NCBI GenBank assembly: GCA_010093995.1
Contig: ML992512.1
Span: 815,831-879,830 of the forward strand
From: Elsinoe ampelina
Lineage: Eukaryota
Direction: 5' to 3'
Length of the DNA: 64,000 nt
Positions 37,060-49,100 of the stretch are shown in pieces (positions within the stretch are counted from its first letter, which is position 1; each line of letters begins with the position of its first letter). The position numbers and the translations under genes are program-made. Under the pieces are notes generated by a model, which searched no databases, was not told the origin of the DNA, and saw only the letters and a program-made list of their open reading frames with translations.

Positions 37060-37615
37060 GGCTTGATCGGGTTGGAGCTCTGGTACGTCCTTTGACGGTC
37101 AGTAGGACCCCGAGGCCGCGGAAGAAGAGGACGAGTAAATTGTGAGGAAAAGTACCAGTAGATAGAATATGAATATCATGATCAAAAAACAAAGAATATC
37201 TGTCAATGGAAATAGAAAGATGGCTTGCAGCCAGGCCTCTCAGAAATGCGGCTCTGCAGCCAGATTCAGCACTGACCACCTGACGTCTCATCTCGCATCA
37301 AGCTCTCCAGCCTGGCACCTCAACCAAGCCTCGTCCTTATCCTCCTCGACCTCTGCGCCATAGCTCAGCAATTGTATGCTAGGCTTGAGACCACGACTGA
37401 AAGCTCGACCATCATTTTTAGACCTTGTACGAAAGCAGAGCATCGACCGCCTTTCCGTGCAGAGTATTCCACCGCCAACAGCAGCGCCAGCTTTAGCGGA
37501 CGAAGGTTTCAGCCCGCCACCAGCACTCGTACCTCTGCCGGAAAGTCCTATCAAGGAGAAATCTGTTGAGGAACTCCGGCCGACACCCAAGCTTGAGCAG
37601 ACGCCGTTTCCCAAG

Positions 37616-39602
37616 ATGGCGCCAAACAACAAGAAGAGCGAGGCGAATGGTATCCCGGATGATGAGAAACAATATGGCTCTATCTTCTCGATCTCAGGGT
37701 TGGTCTTGACAATATGTGCCCAAGCTACCTCGATACTAACATATCCAGTCCCGTCGTCATCGCCGAGAACATGATCGGCTGTGCCATGTACGAACTCGTC
37801 AAAGTCGGCCACGACCAGCTGCAAGGTGAAGTCATTCGAATCAACGCCGACCAGGCCACGATCCAGGTCTACGAGGAGACAGCCGGTGTCACAGTCGGTG
37901 ATCCCGTCATCCGTACTGGCAAGCCATTGTCCGTCGAGCTCGGTCCTGGCCTGATGGAGACGATCTACGATGGTATCCAGCGACCTCTCAAGGGTATTTC
38001 GGACGCCGTCAACTCCATCTACATCCCTCGTGGTATCGAAATCCCAGCTTTGGACCGTAAGAGGAAGTGGGACTTTAAGCCTGGCAAGTTCAAGGTCGGC
38101 GATCAGATCACTGGTGGAGATGTCTTTGGTACTGTTTGGGAGAACTCGCTATTGAGCGAGCACAAGATTCTCTTGCCTCCTAGGGCAAAGGGAACCATCA
38201 CCCGGCTGTCGAAGGAAGGCAGCTACACCGTGGATGAGAAGATCTTGGAGCTCGAATTCGATGGTAAGAAGACGGAGTATAGCATGATGCACAACTGGCC
38301 GGTCCGTGTACCTCGTCCTGTCAACGACAAGTTGAGCAGTGACTCGCCTTTCATTGTCGGTCAACGAGTCCTGGACGCACTCTTCCCATCTGTGCAGGGT
38401 GGAACTGTCTGCATTCCTGGCGCTTTCGGTTGTGGCAAGACTGTCATTTCCCAGTCTGTGTCCAAGTTCTCCAACTCTGATATCATTGTCTACGTTGGAT
38501 GCGTAAGCTGAACATGCCCTACAATGAGATCAAGGCTAATAGCAACAGGGCGAGCGTGGTAATGAGATGGCTGAAGTCTTGATGGACTTCCCGGAACTTA
38601 CTATCGAAGTCAATGGCAAGAAGGAACCTATCATGAAGCGCACGACCCTCATCGCAAACACCTCCAACATGCCTGTGGCTGCCCGAGAGGCCTCCATCTA
38701 CACTGGAATTACAGTGGCTGAATATTTCCGCGATCAGGGCAAGGACGTCGCCATGATGGCTGATTCGACATCTCGTTGGGCAGAGGCTCTTCGTGAGCTG
38801 TCTGGTCGTCTCGGTGAAATGCCTGCAGATCAAGGCTTCCCTGCCTACTTGGGAGCCAAGCTTGCGTCTTTCTACGAGCGTGCTGGTCGCGTTATCGCTC
38901 TTGGTTCGCCCGAGCGCAAGGGTTCAGTCTCCATTGTCGGCGCCGTCTCACCTCCAGGTGGTGATTTCTCCGATCCCGTCACTTCTTCGACACTCGGTAT
39001 TGTACAGGTTTTCTGGGGTCTCGACAAGAAGCTCGCCCAGCGCAAGCACTTTCCGTCCATCAACACATCGGCCTCATACAGCAAGTACACCACGACCCTC
39101 GAAAAGTACTACAACGAGAACAACCCAGATTTCCCCAAGCTCGCCACCCGCATCAAGGAACTGCTGTCCAACTCCGAAGATCTCGACCAGGTCGTGCAGC
39201 TGGTCGGTAAGTCCGCTCTTGGTGACTCGGACAAGATTACCCTGGACGTCGCCACTCTCATCAAGGAAGACTTCCTCCAGCAAAACGGCTACAGCGACTA
39301 TGACCAGTTCTGCCCAATGTGGAAGACGTTCTGGATGATGAAGAACATGATGGCGTTCCACGACGAGGCACAGAAGGCGGTCTCCGCGGGTAATAACTGG
39401 GGCAAGGTCAGAGATGCGACTAGTGAGATTCAAAGCCAGTTGCGAAGCATGAAGTTTGAATTGCCGACCGAGGGTGAGGAGGCGGTTGTGAAGAAGGTAT
39501 GTCTGCTGTCTACTATGGATGTGTACTGTTACTGACTCTGTCCAGTATGAGGATCTTCTGCAGAAGATGAACGAGAAGTTCGCGAGCGTGACTGATGAGT
39601 AG
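37616..39602 (+). CDS. VMA1: V-type ATPase catalytic subunit A, no intein; introns 37699-37748, 38503-38548 and 39497-39545
   Basis: [17 protein letters not shown]-loop GAFGCGKT, spliced [22 protein letters not shown] and [12 protein letters not shown]. The in-frame upstream ATG at 37376 could extend the N-terminus. Confidence 0.96.
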
Positions 39603-40226
39603 TGATTGTCGGTCAAGAGGTAGGATTTGATAGATGGGCGTACATATCGCGGAGGAAGCTCTGCTAATCAGCATTTTCATCATACCAGCCACTGATTTTT
39701 GCACATGTACCATGTTGTCCTCCCATTCTACATTGGGCCTCGACAGCTGACTGGGAGTGGCCGCTTTCCGATATGACAAGTCTAGGCAAACGGAACCATA
39801 TCAGCGGCGGTGTACCTCACGCCCTTCGTCACCGTCTATGCTAAATCATACACACAAAACCCATCAAGATGCGGTCTTCGAATTGATAAGAGCATGCGAA
39901 AGCCAACGACAATAAGTCGAATCTGATTCCAATCAATCCGAACGTGGCCTCATTCCGTCCACGCAAGTGAACGACAAGCGGATCTCCCATTATCGACAAG
40001 CCCTCGACGTTCAGACTGGCTACCCAAGATGAAGCATAAATCCACGCAGGGCATCTCAACCAGCGCGAAGGGCTCCAGCTTCAACACATAGCTCGCGGCA
40101 TACATCACCAGCAGTACAAGAGTACGTATGAATGAATTCTTCAATTCCCTTCTAGTGCCCAGCCCACGTGGCCTCGATCTAATCCCCAACCTCCAAAACA
40201 CCCAATCCCCCTTCCCCTCCACCAAT

Positions 40227-40829
40227 CTAAGCAACAAAGACCATCCTCCTGCGCTTCGCACTGCCGCTCGGCCCAGACGAACCCCCACCACTCATCGACC
40301 CAGGGGTATACTTATCCGACGGCGTCGCGCCAGGCCACGACGACGAGAACTGGCCTGGGTTCGTCCCCGTCGTGCCTCTCTCAGCACCAGTCATGGACAT
40401 GGTCTCGGCATTGGGCCCCAACGGCCTGTCGAAAGCCGCGGCGGCGATGTTGGGGGGCGCAGCACCGACGGAATTGTAAGCTGGCGGCGCGCTGCCCTGT
40501 GAAGCCTGGCTGCCTCCGCCTTGGCTGCCGGGGGAGCCGCTGCCGCCCGAGCTGGAGGGCCCGGTTCCCTGCCTGTTGGCGCCGTAGTCGTGCGAGGGGC
40601 CCGAGAAGCCGCCGGGTGGCGAGTTGCCGCCTGAGCCGGCGAAGGAGCCGGTTGAGGAGGAGCCCTGGCTGCCTCCTCCGCCGCCGCCGCCGCCGCTGGT
40701 GCCGCCGGTGGTGGCTGTGTTGGAGGGGCCGGAGGTGGTTTTGCCTCCCCCGGAGCTGGAGCCGGTCTTGTCTGGTTTGGCGACGGCGAGGGTGGCGGCG
40801 AAGAGGAGGACGAGGATGGAGGTTTTCAT
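40227..40829 (-). CDS. Small secreted Gly/Ser-rich low-complexity protein (200 aa)
   Basis: Signal peptide MKTSILVLLFAATLAVA, good start context (acaATG), Gly/Ser runs and no Cys. Confidence 0.7.
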   Translation of the reverse strand: MKTSILVLLFAATLAVAKPDKTGSSSGGGKTTSGPSNTATTGGTSGGGGGGGGSQGSSSTGSFAGSGGNSPPGGFSGPSHDYGANRQGTGPSSSGGSGSPGSQGGGSQASQGSAPPAYNSVGAAPPNIAAAAFDRPLGPNAETMSMTGAERGTTGTNPGQFSSSWPGATPSDKYTPGSMSGGGSSGPSGSAKRRRMVFVA

Positions 40830-40840
40830 TGTTGCGATGG

Positions 40841-40873
40841 GTTGGTTGGTTGGTTGATGGGTTGGTGGGTTGG
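40841..40873. repeat. Imperfect (GGTT)n / (AACC)n microsatellite in the 5' leader of the secreted Gly-rich gene
   Basis: gttggttggttggttgatgggttggtgggttgg. Confidence 0.6.
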
Positions 40874-41775
40874 CTGTTGTGGTGCTTGTTGTGGGTTGTT
40901 CTGGTTTGTTCTGGTCGTTGTTCTGTGTTCCGGTGAGGTTATCTTATATGGTCTGGTGAGGGTGTGACAGGTTGCATCTTGCTGTTCATGGGAGAGAAGG
41001 TATGCTGGACGACACGTGTGAGAGAAAGGCGTGCTGCTGGGATAGTGGTAAATCCCTGCTCGGATGCGTTAGTTGAGCGAGAGGCATGCTGGGTGGGAGC
41101 CGCTCTTGATTCAAGGCAATTAGGGCACTGTTGGTGTCGAGACGTTTGAGTTCTGTTCGGGAGGAGAGGGTGAAGGTCAATCATCCGTATCTTGTTTGGG
41201 GACTGTATCGCTTGTTGAACTTTTGCGGTGTGCATCTCCCTTACTTAAGCTGATATGCAATTCGCCATCCAAGACTTCATTGACGTCTGCGTGTGACGTG
41301 TAGACTGCTCATCGAAATCAGGCTGCTCGGGCATGGCATCCGGCGAACGAGTTCATCGGATCCTGTACACGCGGCATATCTGGTTGGTGGCATGAGATGG
41401 GAAGCCTGAGGCAAGGCTGTTGCAAATGGTGGAAAAACACCGCACTCTGCTGGCAGTACCATACAAAGTTTGGCATAGGCTGTCGAAGAGATCATGTCTA
41501 TCTGGCAGAAAGCACGTCGGAACAATCGGCACCCATCTTGTTGATTCTCGAGACGAACAGGTGATTCTGGATGTGGAAAAGAACAGCTGCCTGAGGCATG
41601 TGCTCCTCGACGACGCTACGCGGTGCCACGTCATCCCCACGTGTTCGTCGCCTCTTGGCCACCCACCCTCTACAGCTCCAATACTCTCCTGGATTGTCTG
41701 CAAAGTGATAAAAGCAACGTGTCGTCCAACAGTAAGTACCTTGAGAAGTAAACGTGGTTGCTCCCTTTTCATACG

Positions 41776-43011
41776 ATGGGTTGTTTCTCACTGCCATGCT
41801 GGCCGCAGTCCAGCAAACCACGACCCACGGCACCCCAGCAGGTCTTTGAGAAGGACATCTCCAGCATTGACAGCTTCATATCCTCCGAGAGTCTCCCCAA
41901 GGAGGAATCCAACGTCAAGAACTTCGACATGACAGCACAAGCACCATCCACATCCTCTCCCACTCCCACCCCGTCCGAACTCTCCATCCGCTCCCTCCCC
42001 TGGTCCCCCACCCGCGAGCTCCCAGCCCCTCCCTACCCCTACCCAGCCTACGCCGCCAACCCCCCCTCCACCACCCCACGCACCGCCTCCCTCCCCTCCC
42101 CCACCAACACCCGCTGGAAGTCCTACCTCGACGGCACCCTCCTCATCTACAACGACATCACCGACAAAGACCCCTCCCCGGTACAGACAGGGGAACTAAT
42201 CCCCCTGAAACCACTCCGGCCCTGGATCATCTGCTTGGTGCATCACCGTTTGCCCACCAGACAGCCGCAGGAGGAAGGGGACAAGAAGGCTGGTGAGGAA
42301 AGACATTTCTACCTCCTCGCCTTCCTCGACTCCGACGCCCACTCCATGCAACGCCGCTTCCCACCCAACCACGTCTTCGTCCCATGGCGAGGCTTCTTGC
42401 CCCTCGCTGAAGCCAAGGCCTGGTGCGCAGACCATGGCGGGCGGTATATGACGGAGTGCGACTTCGCGGCCGCTGGACAGGGGGAGGGGGATGAGGAGGG
42501 GTTGGTGGTGGATGTGCCTGGTTGGCCGAAGGGGTGGTTAATCACGTACGCTGGGATGGAGATGAAGAGGGAGGGGGAGGAGTGGGATGCGATGTCCGAG
42601 GGGGACAGGGAGACGGTGAGGGGGTTGGTGAGGGAGGAGTATGGGCTTGAGGTGGAGAGGGGAAGGAAAGGCGGGGAAGAGTATCCCATCGGTCATCATT
42701 GGCTTGATGTCCCTAGTCCCGCGAGGGTGGCGTGGAAGCCGAAGGATCAGGTCAGGAATGCACTGCCCATGGGTTGGAAGGCGTGGGTGAGGTTGACGAC
42801 GGGTGAGGTGGTGTATTTTGACCAACTGGCGAAGAAGACAAGGAGTACGCATCCCTCGATGGGGTTTAGGACCGAAGGATTGCCTCGTTCGTGGCAGATG
42901 GCTTGGGCAAAAGTGGACGGGCAGTGGGTTGTGTATTATCGCGATCACGATAAGAAGGTGAACACGCTTCGCCCGGGAACGTCAAGAAAGGTTGGATCGG
43001 TCGGTAGATAG
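41776..43011 (+). CDS. Hypothetical protein with an N-terminal MGC acylation motif and two C-terminal WW-like domains
   Basis: MGCFSLPC start. WW-like segments LPMGWKAWVRLTTGEVVYFDQLAKKTRSTHP and LPRSWQMAWAKVDGQWVVYYRDHDKKVNT. Confidence 0.65.
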   Translation: MGCFSLPCWPQSSKPRPTAPQQVFEKDISSIDSFISSESLPKEESNVKNFDMTAQAPSTSSPTPTPSELSIRSLPWSPTRELPAPPYPYPAYAANPPSTTPRTASLPSPTNTRWKSYLDGTLLIYNDITDKDPSPVQTGELIPLKPLRPWIICLVHHRLPTRQPQEEGDKKAGEERHFYLLAFLDSDAHSMQRRFPPNHVFVPWRGFLPLAEAKAWCADHGGRYMTECDFAAAGQGEGDEEGLVVDVPGWPKGWLITYAGMEMKREGEEWDAMSEGDRETVRGLVREEYGLEVERGRKGGEEYPIGHHWLDVPSPARVAWKPKDQVRNALPMGWKAWVRLTTGEVVYFDQLAKKTRSTHPSMGFRTEGLPRSWQMAWAKVDGQWVVYYRDHDKKVNTLRPGTSRKVGSVGR

Positions 43012-43137
43012 ACAAATTTTTGATAGCATCATGCTTGGATATTCTACAATGCTGGCGTCTGCTTATGCATCGCTCCATGTCTGCCCACAGACTGGTCATC
43101 TAGCAAATCTCAAACTGCTTGCTCAGCCGGCTCATTC

Positions 43138-46100
43138 TCACGCACCGGGCCCACCACCCCTGATTCTCTTTCCATCACCTTGCTCCCCTCCCTCAAGTGG
43201 CCTCTTTGCTCCTTGAGGAGCTGCCTGCCCCGCTGACGGTGCTGTCCCCGGGGTAAATTGCTTAGCTCCAGCATTGAGCGGGCTGCCTGGTCCTCCTCCA
43301 CGTCCGCCTCTTGTAGCGGCGCCTCTGAAGCCGCCTCTTGGAATCCCGCCACCTCGAGTGGCCAATCCTGGTAGACCAGAGCCCGGCTGTGCTGCACCAC
43401 CAGGAGCAGCGATACCGCTCGGCTGGCCAAAGTTGCCTCTTCCACGTCCTGCTGCTAATCCAGCTCGTGGGAGCATTGTTCCGCCTGCGCGTGGGATGCC
43501 TCCACCCCTGGTGGCTGGGGCGAAAGCTGGCTTGGTATCCATATTGCTCGAAGCGTCCACTGCGGGAGCCGCTGCCTCTGTGGCACTCGGCCCTGTCGTG
43601 CCGTTGACTGCTTGAGTCGTAGTTGTGCTTGCGACAGTCGTTGTGGTGGCAGACGGTGCTCCGAAGCTTGGTTTGCCAAAGGATCCGCCAGTCGTGGGAA
43701 CAGCTGACGGCGCTCCAAAGCGCGCTTGGCGTGCTGCTAGTCGAGACTGTTCGTCCTCGGTAGGTGGTGCTGCTGTATCCTCGAGTTTTGGAGCAGCAGT
43801 CGATGACGCCTGGGTCACTAACGGCTGACTCGCAGTTGTGTTGACTGTTGCAACATTTGCGGCGGCGGCTGGTGCAGAGGTCGCTGTGGCGGCTGCACCT
43901 GGGGCTGTTGGTTTTGGTGCGGGTGGCGGTTTGGCAACTTTGGCGATCTCCCAGACTTCACCGACAGGTCTCTCAGGAGTCTCCTTTGCGGCGGTCTCGA
44001 CGATCTCGACCTTTGCATTCGCAGCTCGAGCTCTACCTTCTGCCATGCTCAGTTTCACCCTCTGCTTCGACGCTTCCATCGTGACGGCTTTCGCGACGGC
44101 CTGCTCCTGCGCTGACTTGACTGCTTCTTCCTTTTCAGCAGACGTCGTTTCCGCGGCGGCTTTGGCGGTCTCCGCAGCCTCGTCCTTCTCCTTGATGATC
44201 TTCTCATACTCATCTTTGACGCGCTTGCCCTCCTGCTCGACCTTGGCGGTGATGTTGCGCTTGAGTATGCTGCGAATGATTTCGTTCTTGGCGATGAGCT
44301 CTCTCGCTTGTTGATCCGTAATGTTGAGTACAGACTCTGAAGCAGGAGTCGGCGTCGATGCGGTCGCAGTCTCGTTGATAGTCGGCTTCGATGGTGTAGC
44401 TGGCGCGGCGGCTGCGGCACTTGCTTTGGCTTTCTCCACTGCCTCGGCGCCCTCGCGTGTGACCCTCTCCACGATGGCATTGTGCTCCTCCTTGAGCCGG
44501 AGTGTCTCGTCCTGGTGAGCCTGACGCAGCTTTTGAAGCTCTTCGGAATGCTCGGTGATGAGTGCCTGTCGTACTTCTTCTTCGACAGACTGCTTGACCT
44601 TCTGTCGTTCTTCACGCAGTTTGTTGTTGAGCGTCTCTTTCATCTTGGTTGTGCGGTTGAGGTAGGTCTGCTCTAGCTGCTGCTTGCTGAGTTCGTGCTG
44701 ATGTTCCAGCTCGGATCTAAGCTGAGCGACCTGCGCTTGAACTTGCGATGCGACCTCCTCGGTGGACATGGCGGGCGTAGTCGTATTGGAGGTCAAATCG
44801 GGAACTGGCACTGCTTGTGTCTCGGTCGCATCTGCCGAAGCCGCGTTTGCGCGAAGGCTTTCGAGCTCCTGCTGTGTTGTCTCGAGTTGTTGCAGCAGAT
44901 TTTGTACTTCTTCAGGTGATGTGCCACCGTTGTTGGGATCTTTGACTTGGGAGGAAGTGACTTCGAGTGAGTTTTGAAGTTCAATCTGACAAGTCAGCAA
45001 ATTGTGAATCACCAGGTCCTTGTCAATACTCACTACCTGCTGCTCAAGAGCCTGGATCCGCTCGGTCTGCTCTTGAATTGTCGCTTGCAATGTTTGCACT
45101 TGTGCTTCTAGCTCGGCGGCGCGAGTGGATGCCTCCGCGGCATTAGATTCAGCACTCTGAGCTCTCATCTCCAGATCACTGAGATTGTGTTTGTTGGTTT
45201 CGGCGACTTCCCCGTCTTCGACCTGACCTTCCTCGACGGCGGCCGCGTTGCTAGATCCATCAGCTTGCGCAGCAGCTTGTTGAGAAGCCTCTTGAGTCGC
45301 GACCGCGGCATCTCGCTCTGTTCTGGCTTCTTCCAAGCTTTGTTGAGATTGCAGTAGGTCTTGCTCCAACTTCTCCTTCTCGGCTCGGACTGCAGCGAGA
45401 TCCTGATTGGCGACAACAATCTTCGCGTTCTGTTCACGGGATCTATTCTTGGCCTGCTCGATGAACTTTGCCTTTTGCTCTTGCCATGTCTTGTCTGCGT
45501 CATCCTTGATCTGTTGCAATTGTGCTGGGAACCCCTCCATTTGTTGTTGCAGATCTTGAATCGTGGTCTGGAGTTGGTCTCTTTCAGTCTCGAGCTCCGA
45601 GATGCGCGACTTCATTGCTTCGATTTCAGCAGGGTCGACACGGTCGTACTTGGAGATGATGTTCTGAGTGCGTTCTCGCCATCTATCGCGGTCTTCTTGC
45701 AACAGCCTCAGCTCACCATTCTTCATTTCGAGCTCACTCTCCAGCTCCTGAATCTTTGACTGCAAGGGCAAGACCTCGGAAGTCAAATCCTCAACCTCCT
45801 TGATCCTCTCCTGCAGTCTTGATTGTGCTTGGCGGGCCTCTTGACGTAGAGTAGCGCTGCTTTCACGATAGAGATTGAGCTCGTTGATTGTTTCGAGAAG
45901 TTTGTTGTGGCTGGCAGCACCGGTCTCCTGGTTGGTACGTTCGCGGCGTTCCTCACTCAGCTTTGCTCGGGTGTCATCGAGTTGCGACTGCGTGTAATCC
46001 AGCTGCTGTTTCAAGCGCTTTGACTCCTGTACAGCAAGCTCGTACTGAACGTCGATTATTTCCTTCTCTCGGCGCAGATAGGAAACGACTTCTTGCAACT

Positions 46101-49100
46101 TGCTGTCGATGGATTGCGTGCCAGTGGTCTCTTCGTCATCATTGGGCAGTGCACGATGCTGCTGAAGAGTCGAGATCTGACTGCTGACCGATTCAAGTTG
46201 TTCATGCAGAAGCTTGTTCTGTGATTTGAGATCATCACGACTGTTGCCCAGCTCTGTAAGCTCTTTCTCGTAACGATCCTTCATTTCCGACCAGTTCTCC
46301 TGTCCTTGAATCAAGCTTGCTTTGGCAGCCTCGGCTTCTGCTCTGATACCGGCAACTTCTGTTCGGAGTGTGTTGTACTCGGAACGTACGCCTTGTAGGT
46401 TGCGGGCAGCGTCGGCATGCTTCACCAGCTCATCCTCGTAACTCTGCTGAGCTTGCTGAGCAATCTCAGCTTGTGCTTTCAAGTCCGCCTGATGTAGCTT
46501 GGCCTTCTCGGTTTGGCGTTCGCATTCGTCGCGGAGGCGAGCGACTTCACTCTCGAGCGCTGTCTTCTGCTCTTCCAAGAGCATGCCACTCTGTTCATGC
46601 TGGGTTCGCGATTCTGACAGCTCAGCATTGGTGGTCGAGAGCTCTGTGCTCAAGTCCTGGATGCGCTGCTCCATTTGTTGTATTGCACCTTCCTTCTCTT
46701 CAAGCTGTCGATCCATATCTTCCTTGTACTGGTCGTTGGTCTCATTGAAGCTTTGAAGCTCCTCTTCTGCAGACTGGCTAATGGCTTTGTATTGCTCGAC
46801 CTGTGCTCGGGCATTCTCCAACTCGGCCCGGGTGAGGTCCAGGTCGCGCTTCAGGTCAGCCACCTCGATGCCTAGTTCCTGCTCCTTCGAAAGCGCGCCG
46901 TCAGCAATAGACCCGTCTTGATTGTCGTTGGTCGGAGCGAGGGGGCCGCCTGAACTAGGACGCGGCTGTAATGCTTGAGCCCGTTCTTCGGCATTTCGAA
47001 GGTCGATCTTCATCTCATCAACTCTGACTTGGAGCTGGTCTCTTGTTGTCTTGGCCGCGACGAGCTCCTCCCTGACATTCGAAAGACTCTTGACAAGATC
47101 GTCAATTCTCGTCTTCGATTGATCCTGCTCGTACTCGCGCCGCATATGAGCTTTCTTGCTCTCCTCTGCTTCCAGGTCGAGCTTCTTGCGCACGGAGCTG
47201 AGCTCACTCTCCAGGCCTTCGATCCTGGACTGTGTCCGCCTCCTGTTCTCAGAGTCGGTCTGCTCACGTTCGTTTTGCAGGTTCTGTAGATCCGAAAGCA
47301 TCTTGTTGAGTCGTGAACGCTCGTCCATTAGTAGACGATTGTCTTCCGACATACGTGTTTCGATCTTCTTCCACAGCTCTCGTTCCGCTTTCAAGTTGGC
47401 CGTCTCGGCTCTCATGCTGTCAGCAAGCGCTTTGGCATCCATCAGCTCCTCTGCCACCTGTTGCGTTCGCAGATCTTGCTTGGCTGCGCTCTCGTTGAGA
47501 GCCTGAGCGCGTTTTTGCAGTTCGCCGTTTTCTGATTGAAGCATCTTATAGTTTGCTTGAACCATGTCGTAGCGCTCCTGAGCAAGTGAGATCTGGCCAC
47601 TGCTCCTAGCAAGCTCGCTCTGTAGATCACTCTTCTCCTTCGCTAATTGGTCGACTTGCTTGCGCAGGATGTCTCTGTCGGTTGATAGCTCTTGGCGTGT
47701 GGTGTCAAGGTGCATCTGCATCTCTTTGACGAGCTTGACGTGGTCGGCTAGTTGTTTAGAAATGCCTTCCGGGTCTTCTTGTGGTGCTCTGCTGGCCCGA
47801 AGTGGTGTTCGAGGAATGCCGTCTCCATTGATTGACTGACCAAACATGCTTTCGACATCGGCATTGCCAGGAATAGGTCCACGACTGGCAAGCATTCGTC
47901 GGAACATGTCTCGTTCCCTGGTGATGCTCTGCGCTTGTGTAGTGAGAGATCGAACCTCGTCGTCGTGTTGCTGAACGCGTTGACGAAGATCTTCGAGTTC
48001 CCGTTCTCGGTCGGCCTGCTCGACCTCACGAGCTTTGGCTTCCTCACCTTCCATGCGCTCGGCAAGTCCGCGGTTCAACTTGAGGAGTTGTGTGTTCTGC
48101 TCTTGGAGTTCCGCCACGTTGCGGAAAAGTAGAAGTCGTTGCGTGATGAAAGAACCAGCAGAGGTCTGGTTGCTGATCGATTCTTCGTCAAGTTCTCCTG
48201 CAGCAAGCATCTGTAACTGTGCCTGTCCAGCGGCATCCAGGCCGTCCAGTCCCTGTTCACGAGCTTGCATTTCAACCAGCAGGATCTTGATCTGTGCACT
48301 GAGATCTCGTAATTGCTGCCTCAGAACATCGCCTTCTTTCGACAGGCCAGCGATTTGGCCTTCTTTGCTCCTTGCTTCTTGAAGAACTTTATCCCTCTCC
48401 GCAAGTGCAGCGTCCAGAAGAGATGACATCTCGACCACTTCTGCCTCTATCCGCTCCTTATCTTGTCGTAGATCTTCTTGTTCTGGTCCACGAGTTTCAA
48501 GGTCCTGGATCATCTGGTCGAGTTCGTTGGATAGCTCGGTTGTGCGGCGGCGTTCGTTCTCCAGATCAGCACGTAATTGAACATTCTCGCTGTACAGTTG
48601 TGTGAAGTTGAGATTCCCCTTCGATCGAATCGTGCCTGGCGTGAAAGGCGCAGGAGAATTGCCACGGATCGGTGTCATGGCCATCATGCCATTGGAGCTT
48701 CTTATGGGTGTCCCTGGCACCGAGGCCTGTTGTTGACGGGCTTGGGCATTCTGTAGACGTTCCACCTCAGTCTCAAGCTCCTGCAGTTTGCTCTCGAGCG
48801 CCTCTTTCTCGCTTTGCTCAGTCTCGATCTCAGCTTGCAATTGCCCGATCTCCTCTGCCGCCGCGTCCTTGATTTGTTCGAGATTGCTCGTGAGTTCTTG
48901 TAATCGTGCTCGTGCAGTGTCCGCGCTCTGCTTCTGGAGATCTGCCAGACGTCGTGCACTTTCGAGTTCGACTTTGAAGGCAGATTCGGATTCAATGGCA
49001 GACTCCTGGAGCTTTTGTATTTTTGCAAATGCGTCCTCGGCCTTTTGCGACACTTCGTCCAACCGTTGTCGTAGCGCGACCTCAGTCCTTTTACATGCTT

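Noticed and set aside
38485..38570. Possible VMA1 intein
   Set aside because: No intein is present. Only a 46-nt spliceosomal intron interrupts YVGC/GERGNE.
41029..41089. Possible three-way-junction RNA (gcgtgct/ggcatgc closing gggat-agtggtaa-atccc and gctcgg/ttgagc) with a tRNA D-loop-like AGTGGTA
   Set aside because: No T-loop (GTTCRA), anticodon arm, TPP-riboswitch or hammerhead core. Short G-U-rich stems are plausible by chance, and covariation evidence would be needed.
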